From Trueperaceae bacterium (lineage in GTDB: Bacteria > Deinococcota > Deinococci > Deinococcales > Trueperaceae), in NCBI GenBank assembly GCA_965213925.1, contig OZ243927.1:3392001-3456000 (forward strand): a DNA stretch of 64,000 nt, in the 5' to 3' direction. Position 1 is the first letter of the stretch. Each line of letters starts with the position of its first letter. Of this stretch, positions 11,343 through 21,526 are shown piece after piece. The notes beneath the pieces were generated by a model. That model was not told the origin of the DNA. It worked only from the letters and a program-made list of their open reading frames with translations, and searched no databases. Both the position numbers and the translations under genes were made by a program.

Positions 11343-12179
11343 ATGCACATCGTCGTCACGGGCTCGAGTGGCAAAGCAGGTCGCGCCGCCGCCCAAGAAC
11401 TGCTCACTCACGGGTATACAGTCACTGGAGTAGACCGCCTAGCTGCACCGGATGACCTGAACGCGCCCAGCTTGCAAGCGGACCTGACTGACTTAGGGCA
11501 GGTGCTCGAGGTGCTAAGGGGTGCGGACGCCGTCGTGCATATGGCGAACATCCCCGCGCCCGACCTCTATACGCCGGGGCGCACCTTTTCTGAAAACATC
11601 ACCATGAACTACAACGTCTTCTCGGCTGCCGTTAGTCACGGACTCCAGCGGGTGGTGTGGGCGTCTAGCGAGACCACGCTAGGTCTACCTTTCGGTACGC
11701 CGCCGCGCTACGCTCCGGTGGACGAGGCGCACTACCCGCTGCCTGAGTCGTCCTATGCGCTCTCGAAGGTTGCAAGCGAGACCATCGCTGAGCAGTTCAA
11801 CCGCTGGAGCGGCATCCCCTTCGTCGGCTTGCGTTTCTCGAACATCTTGAACCCAGAGGTCTACCAGCAGTTCCCCGAGTACTGGGCTGACGCACACTTG
11901 CGCAAATGGAATTTATGGGGCTATGTGGACGAGCGGGATGTGGGGCAGGCGTGCCGGGTAGCGCTCACAGCGAATATCGCCGGTTCGGAGAACTTCATTA
12001 TCGCTGCCGCCGACACGGTGATGAACCGACCCTCGCGCGAGCTGACGAGTGAGGTTTTCTCTGACGTAACAGTAGAGGACGACCTCTCGGAGTTCGGCAC
12101 CCTACTCGCCATCGACAGGGCAAAGAGGCTACTCGGCTACGAGCCTAAGCACTCCTGGCGTGATCACTTGGAGGGGTAG
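11343..12179 (+). CDS. NAD-dependent epimerase/dehydratase
   Basis: VTGSSGKAG Rossmann motif, YALSK. Confidence 0.9.
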   Translation: MHIVVTGSSGKAGRAAAQELLTHGYTVTGVDRLAAPDDLNAPSLQADLTDLGQVLEVLRGADAVVHMANIPAPDLYTPGRTFSENITMNYNVFSAAVSHGLQRVVWASSETTLGLPFGTPPRYAPVDEAHYPLPESSYALSKVASETIAEQFNRWSGIPFVGLRFSNILNPEVYQQFPEYWADAHLRKWNLWGYVDERDVGQACRVALTANIAGSENFIIAAADTVMNRPSRELTSEVFSDVTVEDDLSEFGTLLAIDRAKRLLGYEPKHSWRDHLEG

Positions 12180-12275
12180 AAGCTACAGTGATGCGTACCG
12201 TAGTTAAAGATGACAAACCGAAGTAAAAGAGTACCTGAGAGGGACGCTTATGCTCAAGAAAAGGGTGACACAACG

Positions 12276-13277
12276 ATGAGAGTTCTGTTTATCGGCGGCA
12301 GCGGCGTCATCAGCTCTGCCTGCTCGGCACTGGCAGCCCAGCGCGGCATAGAACTCTATATCCTCAACCGCGGTCAGAGCACAAGACCCATACCGGAGGG
12401 CACGCACGTCCTGCGGGGTGACATACGTGACCCGACGTCAGCTCGCGAAGTTTTGGGCGACCTAACCTTCGACACGGTCGTGAACTGGGTCGCCTTCACA
12501 CCCGACCATATCGAGACCGACCTGGCGCTGTTTCGAGACAGGACGCAGCAGTACGTCTTTATCAGCTCGGCGTCTGCCTATCAGACGCCACCGGTCAGCC
12601 TGCCCGTCGCCGAATCCACCCCGCTTGTCAACCCCTACTGGCAGTACTCGCGTGACAAGATTGCTTGTGAGGAGCGGCTCGTGCGGGCGTACCGCGACGA
12701 GGGATTCCCAATCACCATCGTCAGACCCTCGCACACCTACGACCGGACGCTCCTGCCGATGGACGGCGGCTACACGGTGGTCAACCGGATGCGCCAGGGC
12801 AAGAAGGTGATCGTCCACGGCGACGGCACCTCGCTCTGGGTCTTGACGCACCACCGCGACTTTGCTCGGGGCTTCGTCGGACTACTCGGCAACCCCCACG
12901 CCACCGGCGAGACGTTCCACATCACCTCGGATGAACTATTGACCTGGAACCAAATTTTCGAAATGGTGGCGCGCGCCGCGGGTGCCACTGCCAACATCGT
13001 CCACATTCCTTCAGAACACATTGCCGCTTTCGACCCAGGCTGGGGTGCGGGTCTCTTAGGTGACAAGGCGCACAGCATGATCTTCGACAACACGAAGATC
13101 AAAAGGGTCGTCCCTGACTACACCGCCACTATCTCGTTCGCCCGCGGGGCCGAGGAGGTGATGGCTTGGTACGACGCTGACCCGGCTCGCCGAACCATTG
13201 ATGAGGAGCGCGACCGGCTGATGGACGGGATTGTCGCCGCTCAAGAAGCAGTGTTACCTCCCCGAACGCCGACCTGA
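12276..13277 (+). CDS. NAD-dependent epimerase/dehydratase (extended SDR)
   Basis: MRVLFIGGSGVIS, FISSASAY, YSRDK; start moved to ATG 12276. Confidence 0.9.
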   Translation: MRVLFIGGSGVISSACSALAAQRGIELYILNRGQSTRPIPEGTHVLRGDIRDPTSAREVLGDLTFDTVVNWVAFTPDHIETDLALFRDRTQQYVFISSASAYQTPPVSLPVAESTPLVNPYWQYSRDKIACEERLVRAYRDEGFPITIVRPSHTYDRTLLPMDGGYTVVNRMRQGKKVIVHGDGTSLWVLTHHRDFARGFVGLLGNPHATGETFHITSDELLTWNQIFEMVARAAGATANIVHIPSEHIAAFDPGWGAGLLGDKAHSMIFDNTKIKRVVPDYTATISFARGAEEVMAWYDADPARRTIDEERDRLMDGIVAAQEAVLPPRTPT

Positions 13278-13345
13278 TCGGCACCCTTTTTGACCTTAAC
13301 CTCTCCAGTGACCCTGATGTCCTACCTCAGAGGGTTGCTGAGCCC

Positions 13346-13377
13346 TTCTGCTACAAACGCGCGCAACTCTCGCAGAA
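13346..13377. repeat. 32-bp palindromic module-boundary repeat (A|B)
   Basis: TTCTGCTACAAAC-GCGCGC-AACTCTCGCAGAA. Confidence 0.88.
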
Positions 13378-13404
13378 GCTCTTCCTACGACCTCGCCATG
13401 AGCA

Positions 13405-14502
13405 CTAAGCAGAGGACGCTCGCGTTCCCCGCTGCATGATCTCTCGCCGGACCACGGGCGCGACCTCGGTGCCCAGAAGCTCGATCGCCCGCATCACCTT
13501 AGCGTGGGGCATCGTGCCCACGCTGAGCTGCAGAAGATAGCGCTGATGCCTGAAGACATCGTGCTGAAACAGGATCTTCTCGGCAACCTCAGCGGGGTTC
13601 CCCACCGCGAGGTGTCCCCTCAAGGCGCGGGACGCCTCGTACTGCGCTCTGGTCAGCGGAGACCAGCCACGCTCCCGCCCGATCTTGTTCATCACGGCGG
13701 CGACTGAAGGGAACGATTCGTCTACAGCTTTCTGGCCGTCGTCCGCAAGATAGCCGTGCGAGTTGATGCTGAGCGGGAGGTGCGCCGGGTCGTGCCCGGC
13801 ACGCCGCGCCGCCTCCCGGTACAGGCGGACAAGGGGCGCGAACCGCTCGGGCTCCCCGCCGATGATGGCCAGCGCCATAGGCAGTCCTAAAGTGCCCGCG
13901 CGCACGACCGATTCAGGGGTGCCGCCAACCGCGACCCAAATAGGCAGCTTCTCCTGCTGCGGTCGGGGATAGATGCCTGAATCCTCGAGGGGCGGTCGGT
14001 ACTTCCCCGACCAGGAGACCCGCTCGGACTCGCGCAGTTTGAGCAGCAGCTCGAGCTTCTCACTGAACAGTACGTTGTAGTCGCGCAGGTCGTAGCCGAA
14101 GAGCGGGAAAGATTCTATAAAAGAGCCGCGACCCGCGATGATCTCGGCACGCCCTTCTGAAAGCAGGTCGAGTGTGGCGAAGTCCTGAAAGACGCGCACC
14201 GGGTCGTCGGAGGAGAGCACAGATACCGCGCTGGTCAGGCGTATTCGTTTCGTGCGAGACGTTGCGGCGGCGAGGACGACGGCGGGTGCAGAGGAGACGA
14301 AGTCGGGACGGTGGTGCTCACCGAGACCGAAAACGTCTAAGCCGACCTGGTCAGCCAACTCGATCTCTTCTACCAAATCGCGCAGGCGCTCGGTCGGGCT
14401 GATGGTACTCCCGGTGGTAGGGTCGGGCGTCAGCTCGGCGAACGAGTAGACACCTAGTTCGAAGGGGCGCTCAGTAAGGGGAGGAGAAGGCAAGGTGCTC
14501 AT
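13405..14502 (-). CDS. Luciferase-like monooxygenase (LLM) flavin-dependent oxidoreductase
   Basis: [44 protein letters not shown]. Confidence 0.93.
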   Translation of the reverse strand: MSTLPSPPLTERPFELGVYSFAELTPDPTTGSTISPTERLRDLVEEIELADQVGLDVFGLGEHHRPDFVSSAPAVVLAAATSRTKRIRLTSAVSVLSSDDPVRVFQDFATLDLLSEGRAEIIAGRGSFIESFPLFGYDLRDYNVLFSEKLELLLKLRESERVSWSGKYRPPLEDSGIYPRPQQEKLPIWVAVGGTPESVVRAGTLGLPMALAIIGGEPERFAPLVRLYREAARRAGHDPAHLPLSINSHGYLADDGQKAVDESFPSVAAVMNKIGRERGWSPLTRAQYEASRALRGHLAVGNPAEVAEKILFQHDVFRHQRYLLQLSVGTMPHAKVMRAIELLGTEVAPVVRREIMQRGTRASSA

Positions 14503-14596
14503 ACCTCCTTGTACTCTATTTGCTCATCAGGGTCAGCTTTGCTAGGTACATGGCGACCTCTCATCATGCCTATAGGTGCGTTGGTGACGGGGGTCC

Positions 14597-14628
14597 TTCT
14601 GCGAGAGACGCGCGCGTCTCTCGCACAA
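14597..14628. repeat. 32-bp palindromic module-boundary repeat (B|B)
   Basis: TTCTGCGAGAGAC-GCGCGC-GTCTCTCGCACAA. Confidence 0.9.
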
Positions 14629-14715
14629 TAGTTTGAGTCATAAGCTGAGTCTAATACTAAAGACGTTAGGCGCAGGGCGACCACATAAAGTACTTACCGC
14701 TAAGCTAGAGCCAAG

Positions 14716-16263
14716 ATGGCTAAAGACCAAGGCGAGCCTAGCGCGCTTCGTAACAGAACTAGACAGGAAGTTCGCCTGTCAGAACTTGTCATCGCCCTCT
14801 CCTTGGCCGCCGACCTGGGGATGGGTCAGCCTTTGGGATGGGGGCTTCGGGGCTGTCTATTGGCGATGCACGCTGCCGAGGGGCTCGAGCTAACGCAGCA
14901 CGAACGCAAGGACCTCTATTACCTGTCGCTCCTTCACTACCTGGGCTGTACCACCGACGCCCACCTGTCAGCTCGTCTGTTCGGGCAGGACCGCCGCGCG
15001 ATGCAACACTTTGCCCTCACCCACATGGGTGCCTACCCTATCTTGGAGCAAGCGCGGCCTTCGGAGGTTTCTCGCCCTGTACTGCCCGAGACGCTGCGCG
15101 ACTCCGCTCGGGCCCGCTGCGAGGTCGCCATGCACCTAGCCCGCTGGTGCGACTTCGGCCAGGGGGTCCAAACGGGTTTGTGGCAACTCTTCGAAAGGTG
15201 GGACGGCAGCGGCCTCCCCAACGGGCTTGCGGGTGAGCAGCTTAGCTTACCTGTGCGTATCGTACAGATCGCCCAGGATGCCGAGACCTTTTTTCGCCTC
15301 GAGGGGCTAGCCGGGGTGAAGCGGCTGCTCGCCGAGCGCTCAGGTAAGGGGTATGACCCGCGGTTAGCGGCGCACTTTTTAGACCAAGCGGAGGCGCTTT
15401 TTGCGAGCTTGGAGGTCACCTCGTTACCTCAAGCGGTGCAAGAGGCAGAGCCGGAGGCTATTAGGCGCTTACCTTCCGAGCAGTGCCAAAAGACCTTAGA
15501 GGCGATGGCGGACTTTGCCGATATGAAATCGCCTTTTACCGCCGGGCACGCGCGCGGGGTCGCTGACCTAGCAGCTCGAGCCGCGACCGAAGCGGCTTTG
15601 GATGACACCCAGGTGACGACGATAAAATGGGCGGGCCTCGTTCACGACCTAGGGCGCGTGCGTATCGACGCCGCCATTTTGGATAAGCCGGCGCGTCTCA
15701 GCGATAGCGACTGGGAAGAGGTCCGGTTGCACCCTTACTACACGGAGCGGGTGCTGGCGCGCTGTGAGCCTCTAAGCGACGTTACTCAGCTCGCCGCCCT
15801 CCACCATGAGCGCCTAGACGGCTCGGGCTACCACCGGGGGGTGCCAGCCACGCTCCAGCCGTTCGGGGCGCGGCTGCTTGCGGCGGCGGACGCTTACCAC
15901 GCCATGAACGAAGCCAGGGCCCACCGTGAGGCGCTGCGCCGGGGCGAAGCCGCCGCCGCGCTCAAAGCCGAGGTCAAAGCGGGTAAGCTCGACCCCGAGG
16001 CGGTGGCGTGCGTACTCAAAGCCGCCGGTCATAGGGTGCGCCAGCGCAACCGCGACCTTCCCGGAGGGCTGAGCCCACGTCAAGTGGAGGTGCTGCGCCT
16101 CATCGCCAGAGGTCACACCGATAAAGAAGTGGCTGAACGCTTAAGCATCTCACCGAAAACCGTCGGGCACCACGTGCAGCATATCTACGGCAAGCTCGAG
16201 GTGTCTACCCGGGCCGCCGCGACGCTTTTCGCCGCACAACATCACTTGATCCGCGACCTATAG
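14716..16263 (+). CDS. Tandem HD/HD-GYP-like domains plus C-terminal LuxR HTH regulator
   Basis: ERWDGSGLP, HDLG, HHERLDGSGYH, LSPRQVEVLRL..G.TDKEVA..ISPKTV..H...IYGKL. Confidence 0.9.
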   Translation: MAKDQGEPSALRNRTRQEVRLSELVIALSLAADLGMGQPLGWGLRGCLLAMHAAEGLELTQHERKDLYYLSLLHYLGCTTDAHLSARLFGQDRRAMQHFALTHMGAYPILEQARPSEVSRPVLPETLRDSARARCEVAMHLARWCDFGQGVQTGLWQLFERWDGSGLPNGLAGEQLSLPVRIVQIAQDAETFFRLEGLAGVKRLLAERSGKGYDPRLAAHFLDQAEALFASLEVTSLPQAVQEAEPEAIRRLPSEQCQKTLEAMADFADMKSPFTAGHARGVADLAARAATEAALDDTQVTTIKWAGLVHDLGRVRIDAAILDKPARLSDSDWEEVRLHPYYTERVLARCEPLSDVTQLAALHHERLDGSGYHRGVPATLQPFGARLLAAADAYHAMNEARAHREALRRGEAAAALKAEVKAGKLDPEAVACVLKAAGHRVRQRNRDLPGGLSPRQVEVLRLIARGHTDKEVAERLSISPKTVGHHVQHIYGKLEVSTRAAATLFAAQHHLIRDL

Positions 16264-16278
16264 GGTAAATACCCGATG
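16260..16278 (+). promoter_or_regulatory. Putative operator dyad between the LuxR-family gene and the downstream gene
   Basis: ATAGGGTAAATACCCGATG, an imperfect inverted repeat overlapping the stop codon and upstream of the next gene. Confidence 0.5.
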
Positions 16279-16346
16279 TTCATAGGATTGCTCTTGTCCT
16301 ACGCTGTTCTTAACGCTGATAAGCAGCGTTGGAAAGGAGCTAATCT

Positions 16347-16922
16347 ATGCGAAACTATCGCCACATCATAGCGGCGTTCGGCCTGGCGCTTGGGCTGGTC
16401 ACCTTTGGGCTTACACCAGCGCAGGAGGGCGCCGAACAGCCGTCGGTCAACTACGCTCACGAACACTTTCAACCTGCGTACGCCGAGGGCGGCTTGGTCC
16501 AGTTCGAGCAGCAGGGCCCTGCTCCTGAGACGGTAGCCGAGGAGAACATCCGCTTTCTTTACGAGGTCGAGTACCCGGCAGGTTGGGAAGAGGTGCTCGC
16601 CCGACCTATCTGCAACTACTGTGACCACTTCGGTGACGGTGAAAACGCTTGGGACTACCACGACCACGTGCTGGCTAGTTTGCCAAGCACAGCCCAAAAC
16701 CAGGCGGGTGTGGTGCACTGGCACGTGCTTCACGTCCGCCCCACCTCTACCGGTGATGCGAGTCAGGACGCAGAGATTGCCGCAGCTTACGCAGACAGGT
16801 TGCCCGTGACCTCAAGTCAAACTGTACGTGAGCTGCTTGACAGCACTCTGGCTGACGGTACACCTCTTGCTGAAGTCGTGGACACCGAGTACGTGTTCAC
16901 CGCGCCTCTAAGTCGCCGGTAA
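16347..16922 (+). CDS. Secreted hypothetical protein with Cys/His clusters
   Basis: AAGGAG RBS, signal peptide, CNYCDH, DYHDH, HWHVLH. Confidence 0.75.
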   Translation: MRNYRHIIAAFGLALGLVTFGLTPAQEGAEQPSVNYAHEHFQPAYAEGGLVQFEQQGPAPETVAEENIRFLYEVEYPAGWEEVLARPICNYCDHFGDGENAWDYHDHVLASLPSTAQNQAGVVHWHVLHVRPTSTGDASQDAEIAAAYADRLPVTSSQTVRELLDSTLADGTPLAEVVDTEYVFTAPLSRR

Positions 16923-16980
16923 ACAGTGATTAGTTCTGAGTCAACCCGAGGTACAGAGATTATCTCGGGTTAAATTTTGC

Positions 16981-17012
16981 TTGTGCGACGAACGCGCGCG
17001 TCTCTTGCAGAA
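16981..17012. repeat. 32-bp palindromic module-boundary repeat (A|B)
   Basis: TTGTGCGACGAAC-GCGCGC-GTCTCTTGCAGAA. Confidence 0.92.
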
Positions 17013-17056
17013 GCCCGCATCAGGTTTTAGCTTAGCTCACTGATTTGACCTATAGT

Positions 17057-18001
17057 TTAGTTGTCTTGTAAGCCCTTTAGCGGCATTACGGGCACCTGCA
17101 ATTCGATGACCACCGGCGCGTCCTTGCCCGTTTCTACTACCGGTCCGGAGAGGTGCACCTCGCGCGCCGCGCCCACGCTGCCGTAGCCGTTCGCCCCGGT
17201 CCATAATAGGAGCGCCCGAGCTGCCCTGTCTATCTCGTGATAGTAGCCGCTAAAGACTAGGCTCGCCGCCGCCTTCGCGCCCTGCAGCCTGCGCACCGTA
17301 AAGGTTTCATCGTCGGGCAGCTCGAGCCGCTCCAGGTCGCCGCTGCTCAGGACCACCGCCACCTCCACGTCAACGTTTTTGGTCACGTACTCGCGCGTGT
17401 GGTAGAGGGTGAACTCGGCTTGGATAGGTGCGAGCTTCTGGGCGTTCAGCACAGCGTAGAGCTCTTTGTAAAAGAGGGTGCAATACTCTCCCATCTCCGC
17501 TAGGTCCGGCACAGCGTAGCGTTTGGAGAAGACCGTCATGGTCGGCAGCTTTTTAAGCGTCACGTCGAAGCCGAGCGGCGCGTCCTCGAGCTCTACCTGC
17601 TCGAGCCTCGCTTTCAACCGCGCCAGCCGCGCTTGCTCCCCCTGGAGCTTCAGGGTGATCTCAGCCTGTTTGCGCTCTAGCATCACCTTAAGGTCGTCCG
17701 CCGACAGGTCCTGTTCCAGTAAGGTGCCGATTTCGTTGAGTGAAAAGCCCAGGTCCTTGAGGGCCACGATGCGGTTGAGGCGCGGCAGCTGCCAGGCGGT
17801 GTAGTAGCGGTAGTCGGTCTGCGCGTCCACCTCGGCGGGCTTGAGGAGCCCGAGTTCGTCGTAGTGTCGCAGGGTGCGAACGGACACCTGACCGAGCTGA
17901 GAGAAGTCGCCGATGCGGAACACTGACCCCTGTTCTAGCATAGCTCTCTCGAAGATGTCCATCCGCTCTCCCGCTTCCACCGTTCGTGCTCGAATAGTCA
18001 T
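17057..18001 (-). CDS. MerR-family regulator with GyrI-like effector domain (BmrR type)
   Basis: FRIGDFSQLGQVSVRTLRHYDELGLL..YRYY HTH; start at 18001 (GAGGT RBS) because 18025 lies in the predicted -10 box. Confidence 0.9.
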   Translation of the reverse strand: MTIRARTVEAGERMDIFERAMLEQGSVFRIGDFSQLGQVSVRTLRHYDELGLLKPAEVDAQTDYRYYTAWQLPRLNRIVALKDLGFSLNEIGTLLEQDLSADDLKVMLERKQAEITLKLQGEQARLARLKARLEQVELEDAPLGFDVTLKKLPTMTVFSKRYAVPDLAEMGEYCTLFYKELYAVLNAQKLAPIQAEFTLYHTREYVTKNVDVEVAVVLSSGDLERLELPDDETFTVRRLQGAKAAASLVFSGYYHEIDRAARALLLWTGANGYGSVGAAREVHLSGPVVETGKDAPVVIELQVPVMPLKGLQDN

Positions 18002-18023
18002 AGCGACCTCGCTTTCTACACTC

Positions 18024-18054
18024 ATCTTGAGGTCTCACGTAGCGAGAGGGTCAA
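18024..18054 (-). promoter_or_regulatory. MerR-type promoter (19-bp spacer) of the regulator gene
   Basis: Minus strand TTGACC-ctctcgctacgtgagacct(19)-CAAGAT, with a dyad in the spacer. Confidence 0.65.
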
Positions 18055-18301
18055 TAGAGGGTGCTACGTTACGACACCTGCTCAGCTTCACCTCAAACGC
18101 AACAAAGCCCTGCTGAGCGCGGCTTCTTCTCTATAAACGTTTTATATGACACACCTGAGCACTATCAAGCTTGCCCTTCACCTAGTCGATTCGCTCACCG
18201 ATGCTTGCCGCACCAAAGCCTGGCAATCTCGCTGGAGACGGACTTCTCGCGCGCCGGTCCTCCGCTGACGTCAGCTCTATGCTGCACAAGAAGCCGAGTG
18301 C

Positions 18302-18332
18302 TTGACTCTCTCGCTGCGGGAGGCTCTACCGT
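18302..18332 (+). promoter_or_regulatory. MerR-type promoter (19-bp spacer) of the 18488-20767 operon
   Basis: TTGACT-ctctcgctgcgggaggctc(19)-TACCGT; same operator core as at 18030-18048. Confidence 0.75.
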
Positions 18333-18487
18333 TCTCTTAGCCCTGCAGAAGGGCGGAAGGTCGCGAAGGTTGGAGGCGTTCGGCGGTCACGGACCACAGA
18401 AAGGAGAGTCGCGGTTCTGACGGTAGCGAGGTTGCCCATACCCTCGGCGAAACAGCCAATGAGCGAAATCTAAAAAGGAGAACGACG

Positions 18488-19225
18488 ATGGTAACAACTG
18501 TGAACACGCAAGACCAAAAGCGGGGCAGTCTAGCCTCCCTGACTGTAGCGCTGCTGGTGCTCGAGCCCGTGCTGATGTACCTGGCTTTCTTCGTCCTGAA
18601 CGGCGCGATCGACTGGCCTGCGTCGCTGGGCGAGCCCGCCAGCGTCATCCTGCCGCTGATCACCGAGCAGCGCGGCGCGGTGACGCTGGGCTACGGCGCG
18701 TACCTGCTCTACTCGCTTCTCATCCTGCCGCTCTCGCTGATGCTCTACTTCGCCCTCAAGGAGCGCGGGGTCGCCTCGCCGCTCCTGGCAGTCGCGGCGG
18801 GCTTCGGGGTGGCCTCCGCCGTCACCCGAGTGCTGGGCATCGTGCGCTGGCTTTTCCTGATGCCCTTCCTGGCCGACCTCTACCTCGACCCAAACGCTAG
18901 TCAAGCGACCCGCGAAGCCGTCAACGTAACGTACATCGCCTTTAATGAGTATGTGGGCGGGGTCGGTGAGCTGCTCGGCGTGAGCCTCACCGGTGCACTT
19001 TGGGTTGGTCTGGTCGGCGTGGCGCTGCTGCGCTCAGGCGGGTTCCCACGGTGGCTCGGCGCGCTCGGGTTGCTGACCGCTACCCTCCTGTTGCCGGGAC
19101 TGCTCTCGGTTGTCGGCGTCGACGTTGGGGCGCTGTTCGCGGTGATCGGCGGCAACGCCCTGCTGCTCTGGATGCTCGCCCTGGCGGTGGTACTAGTGCG
19201 CACAAGCCGGGCGAAGGGGGTGTGA
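18488..19225 (+). CDS. Integral membrane protein (DUF4386-like)
   Basis: AAGGAG RBS, about 6 TM segments, DWPASLGEP motif. Confidence 0.7.
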   Translation: MVTTVNTQDQKRGSLASLTVALLVLEPVLMYLAFFVLNGAIDWPASLGEPASVILPLITEQRGAVTLGYGAYLLYSLLILPLSLMLYFALKERGVASPLLAVAAGFGVASAVTRVLGIVRWLFLMPFLADLYLDPNASQATREAVNVTYIAFNEYVGGVGELLGVSLTGALWVGLVGVALLRSGGFPRWLGALGLLTATLLLPGLLSVVGVDVGALFAVIGGNALLLWMLALAVVLVRTSRAKGV

Positions 19226-19227
19226 GG

Positions 19228-19821
19228 ATGGCGCGGGTCGGTCAAGTGGTCGAGGGGGCAAAGACCAAGATCGTCTTTGTAGAAACCTCAGCCGATACGG
19301 GCGGGGCACGGCTCACCTTCAAACAGTTCGTGCAGCCGGGTTCGCCCGCTACCCCCGAGCACCTTCACCCTAAGCAGGCTGAGCACTTCAAGGTCTTATC
19401 TGGGCGAATGGGCGTCCGCGCGGGCGGCGCCGAGAGGGTTTTAGGTATAGGGGAGTCGGTCACCGTCCCGCCCGGCGTAGCTCACGCCATGTGGAACGCC
19501 GGGCAGGAGGTGCTGGAGCAAGAGATCCGGCTCGAGCCCGCCCTCAAGTCTGAGACCTTTTTCGAGACCGTCGTCGGCTTAGAGAGCGAGGGCATGGTGC
19601 CCGAGAGCCGCCCCACCTTTAAGCAGCTTCTGCAATTTTCGCTGATCGCGCCCTACTATGAGAACCCGGTAGCAGCCATCCCTCTCAGACCTCAGCGTGT
19701 GCTCTTCGCCCTGCTAGGTGTAATCGCACGCTCACGGGGCTACCGCCCCTGGTACCCGAAGTACAGCCCCTACGGTCCCGTCACCTTACGACAAGGGCGT
19801 TCCGGCGCTCGAAAGGAGTAA
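19228..19821 (+). CDS. Cupin domain protein
   Basis: PEHLHPKQAEHFKVLSG...PPGVAHAMWN cupin motifs; start ATG 19228. Confidence 0.85.
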   Translation: MARVGQVVEGAKTKIVFVETSADTGGARLTFKQFVQPGSPATPEHLHPKQAEHFKVLSGRMGVRAGGAERVLGIGESVTVPPGVAHAMWNAGQEVLEQEIRLEPALKSETFFETVVGLESEGMVPESRPTFKQLLQFSLIAPYYENPVAAIPLRPQRVLFALLGVIARSRGYRPWYPKYSPYGPVTLRQGRSGARKE

Positions 19822-19825
19822 TATC

Positions 19826-20767
19826 ATGGCAGAAGCGAAAGAATTACACGTCGTCTTCGGTGCGGGTCCCGTAGGACTCGCGACCGTGAGGGCACTTCTG
19901 AGACGTAATCACCGGGTACGCGTAGTGAGCCGTAGCGGAAAACTGCCACCTACATTCGAAGGCGTAGAAGTTGTCGCCGCTGACGCCCTTAACCCAGTAC
20001 AAGCTAGGGAGGTTGTCAAGGGCGCGCACGTGGTTTACCAGTGCGCTCAGTCCGCTTACACCCGCTGGCCCCGAGACTTTCCGCCCTTGCAGCGCGCTAT
20101 TCTAAACGCCACCGCCGAGGCTGGCGCTAAGCTCGTTCTAGCCGACAACCTCTACATGTATGGTGAGGTTCATGGCCCTATCCACGAAGACCTTCCTTAC
20201 GCCGCCGCGACCCGCAAGGGCAAGGTGCGCGCGGCGATGGCGGAAGAGGCACTCGCCGCCCATCAAGAGGGCAGGGTGCGCGTCGCCGTCGGACGAGCTT
20301 CGGACTTCTACGGGCCGTTCGTGCTCGAGTCGGCGCTCGGTGAGCGGGTCTTCAAGCCGCTGCTCAAGGGCAAGTCCGCGCAGCTCGGCGGGGACATCGA
20401 CCTGCGGCACAGCTACACCTTTATCCACGACTTCGGTGAGGCCCTGGCTATCTTAGGTGAGCGTCAGGAGGCGGACGCTCAGGCGTGGCACGTGCCCAAC
20501 GCGGAGGCGCGCAGCACCCGTGAGCTGGTCAGTCAGGCTTTTGCTATCGCCGACAAAAAGCCTAAGATGAGCAGCGCGGGGCGCACCGCCATGCGACTCA
20601 TCGGCCTTTTTAACCCCGGCGCGCGTGAGAGTGTCGAGATGATGTACGCCTATGAAAAACCTTATGTGGTGGACGACGGCAAGTTCAAGCGGGCGTTCGG
20701 GGACATCAGCACGCCCTTCGAGGAGGGGCTCGAGCAGACCTTGTCATGGTATCAGCAGACACACTGA
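19826..20767 (+). CDS. NAD-dependent epimerase/dehydratase family protein
   Basis: VFGAGPVG, DNLYMYG, RASDFYGP. Confidence 0.88.
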   Translation: MAEAKELHVVFGAGPVGLATVRALLRRNHRVRVVSRSGKLPPTFEGVEVVAADALNPVQAREVVKGAHVVYQCAQSAYTRWPRDFPPLQRAILNATAEAGAKLVLADNLYMYGEVHGPIHEDLPYAAATRKGKVRAAMAEEALAAHQEGRVRVAVGRASDFYGPFVLESALGERVFKPLLKGKSAQLGGDIDLRHSYTFIHDFGEALAILGERQEADAQAWHVPNAEARSTRELVSQAFAIADKKPKMSSAGRTAMRLIGLFNPGARESVEMMYAYEKPYVVDDGKFKRAFGDISTPFEEGLEQTLSWYQQTH

Positions 20768-20820
20768 AGGGCGAATCACAGGGCGGAGTAGCGTCTCTTG
20801 CCTAGCTGTAGAAGAGGTGC

Positions 20821-20852
20821 TACTGCGTCAAACGCGCACGTCTCTCGCAGAA
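20821..20852. repeat. 32-bp palindromic module-boundary repeat (A|B)
   Basis: TACTGCGTCAAAC-GCGCAC-GTCTCTCGCAGAA. Confidence 0.85.
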
Positions 20853-20953
20853 GCCCCTACGCAACTCGCAGCCTGATCTCCTTGCTACATGTAAGCCGTA
20901 CAGCGCCGGGTAAGGCAAAAGCTCCGCTGACACGAGGCTGTTACACTAGCCGG

Positions 20954-21475
20954 ATGATCTTCTTCAACTCCTGGGCAGATATAGGGCGCGTGCTGCTGGT
21001 CGGTCCGCTCGCCTACCTCACCCTCCTGCTGATGCTGCGCGTTTCGGGCAAAAGGACGCTCTCGAAGCTCAACGCCTTCGACTTCATCGTCACGGTCGCT
21101 TTGGGCTCGGTGCTGGCGAGCACGCTCTTGAGTAAAGATGTGGCGCTCGCCGAGAGCGTCGCGGCGCTGGCTGTACTCATCGTCGGTCAGTTCATCATCA
21201 CCTACTTGTCGGTGCGTTCAAAACGCTTCCAGGACTTCGTCAAGGGGGAGCCAACGCTTCTCTATTACAAACAGCGCTTCTTAGAGGCGCAAATGAGGCG
21301 TGCGCGTGTGACGAAAGAGGAGGTGAGGGCGGCGGTGCGGGCGAGCGGGCAGGGGTCGCTCGAGCAGGTCGGGGCGGTGGTGCTCGAGACAGATGGCAGC
21401 TTGTCGGCGGTAGGAGATTCAGAGAGCAGCGCTAGCGGGTGGCTTGCGAACGTCGCTGAGCCTGGAGAGGCTTGA
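20954..21475 (+). CDS. DUF421 / YetF family membrane protein
   Basis: GKRTLSKLNAFDFIVTVALGS, VLETDGSLS; TACACT-N6-ATG leaderless-type start. Confidence 0.9.
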   Translation: MIFFNSWADIGRVLLVGPLAYLTLLLMLRVSGKRTLSKLNAFDFIVTVALGSVLASTLLSKDVALAESVAALAVLIVGQFIITYLSVRSKRFQDFVKGEPTLLYYKQRFLEAQMRRARVTKEEVRAAVRASGQGSLEQVGAVVLETDGSLSAVGDSESSASGWLANVAEPGEA

Positions 21476-21496
21476 GCCGGAAACTTTGTAAGTCTT

Positions 21497-21526
21497 CTAT
21501 GCGAGTTATGTGCGTCTGCTGCAGAA
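21497..21526. repeat. Degenerate module-boundary repeat (2 nt short in the core)
   Basis: CTATGCGAGTTAT-GTGC-GTCTGCTGCAGAA. Confidence 0.6.

Noticed and set aside
16610..16628. c-type heme motif in the secreted protein
   Set aside because: The sequence is CNYCDH (CxxCxH), not CxxCH.
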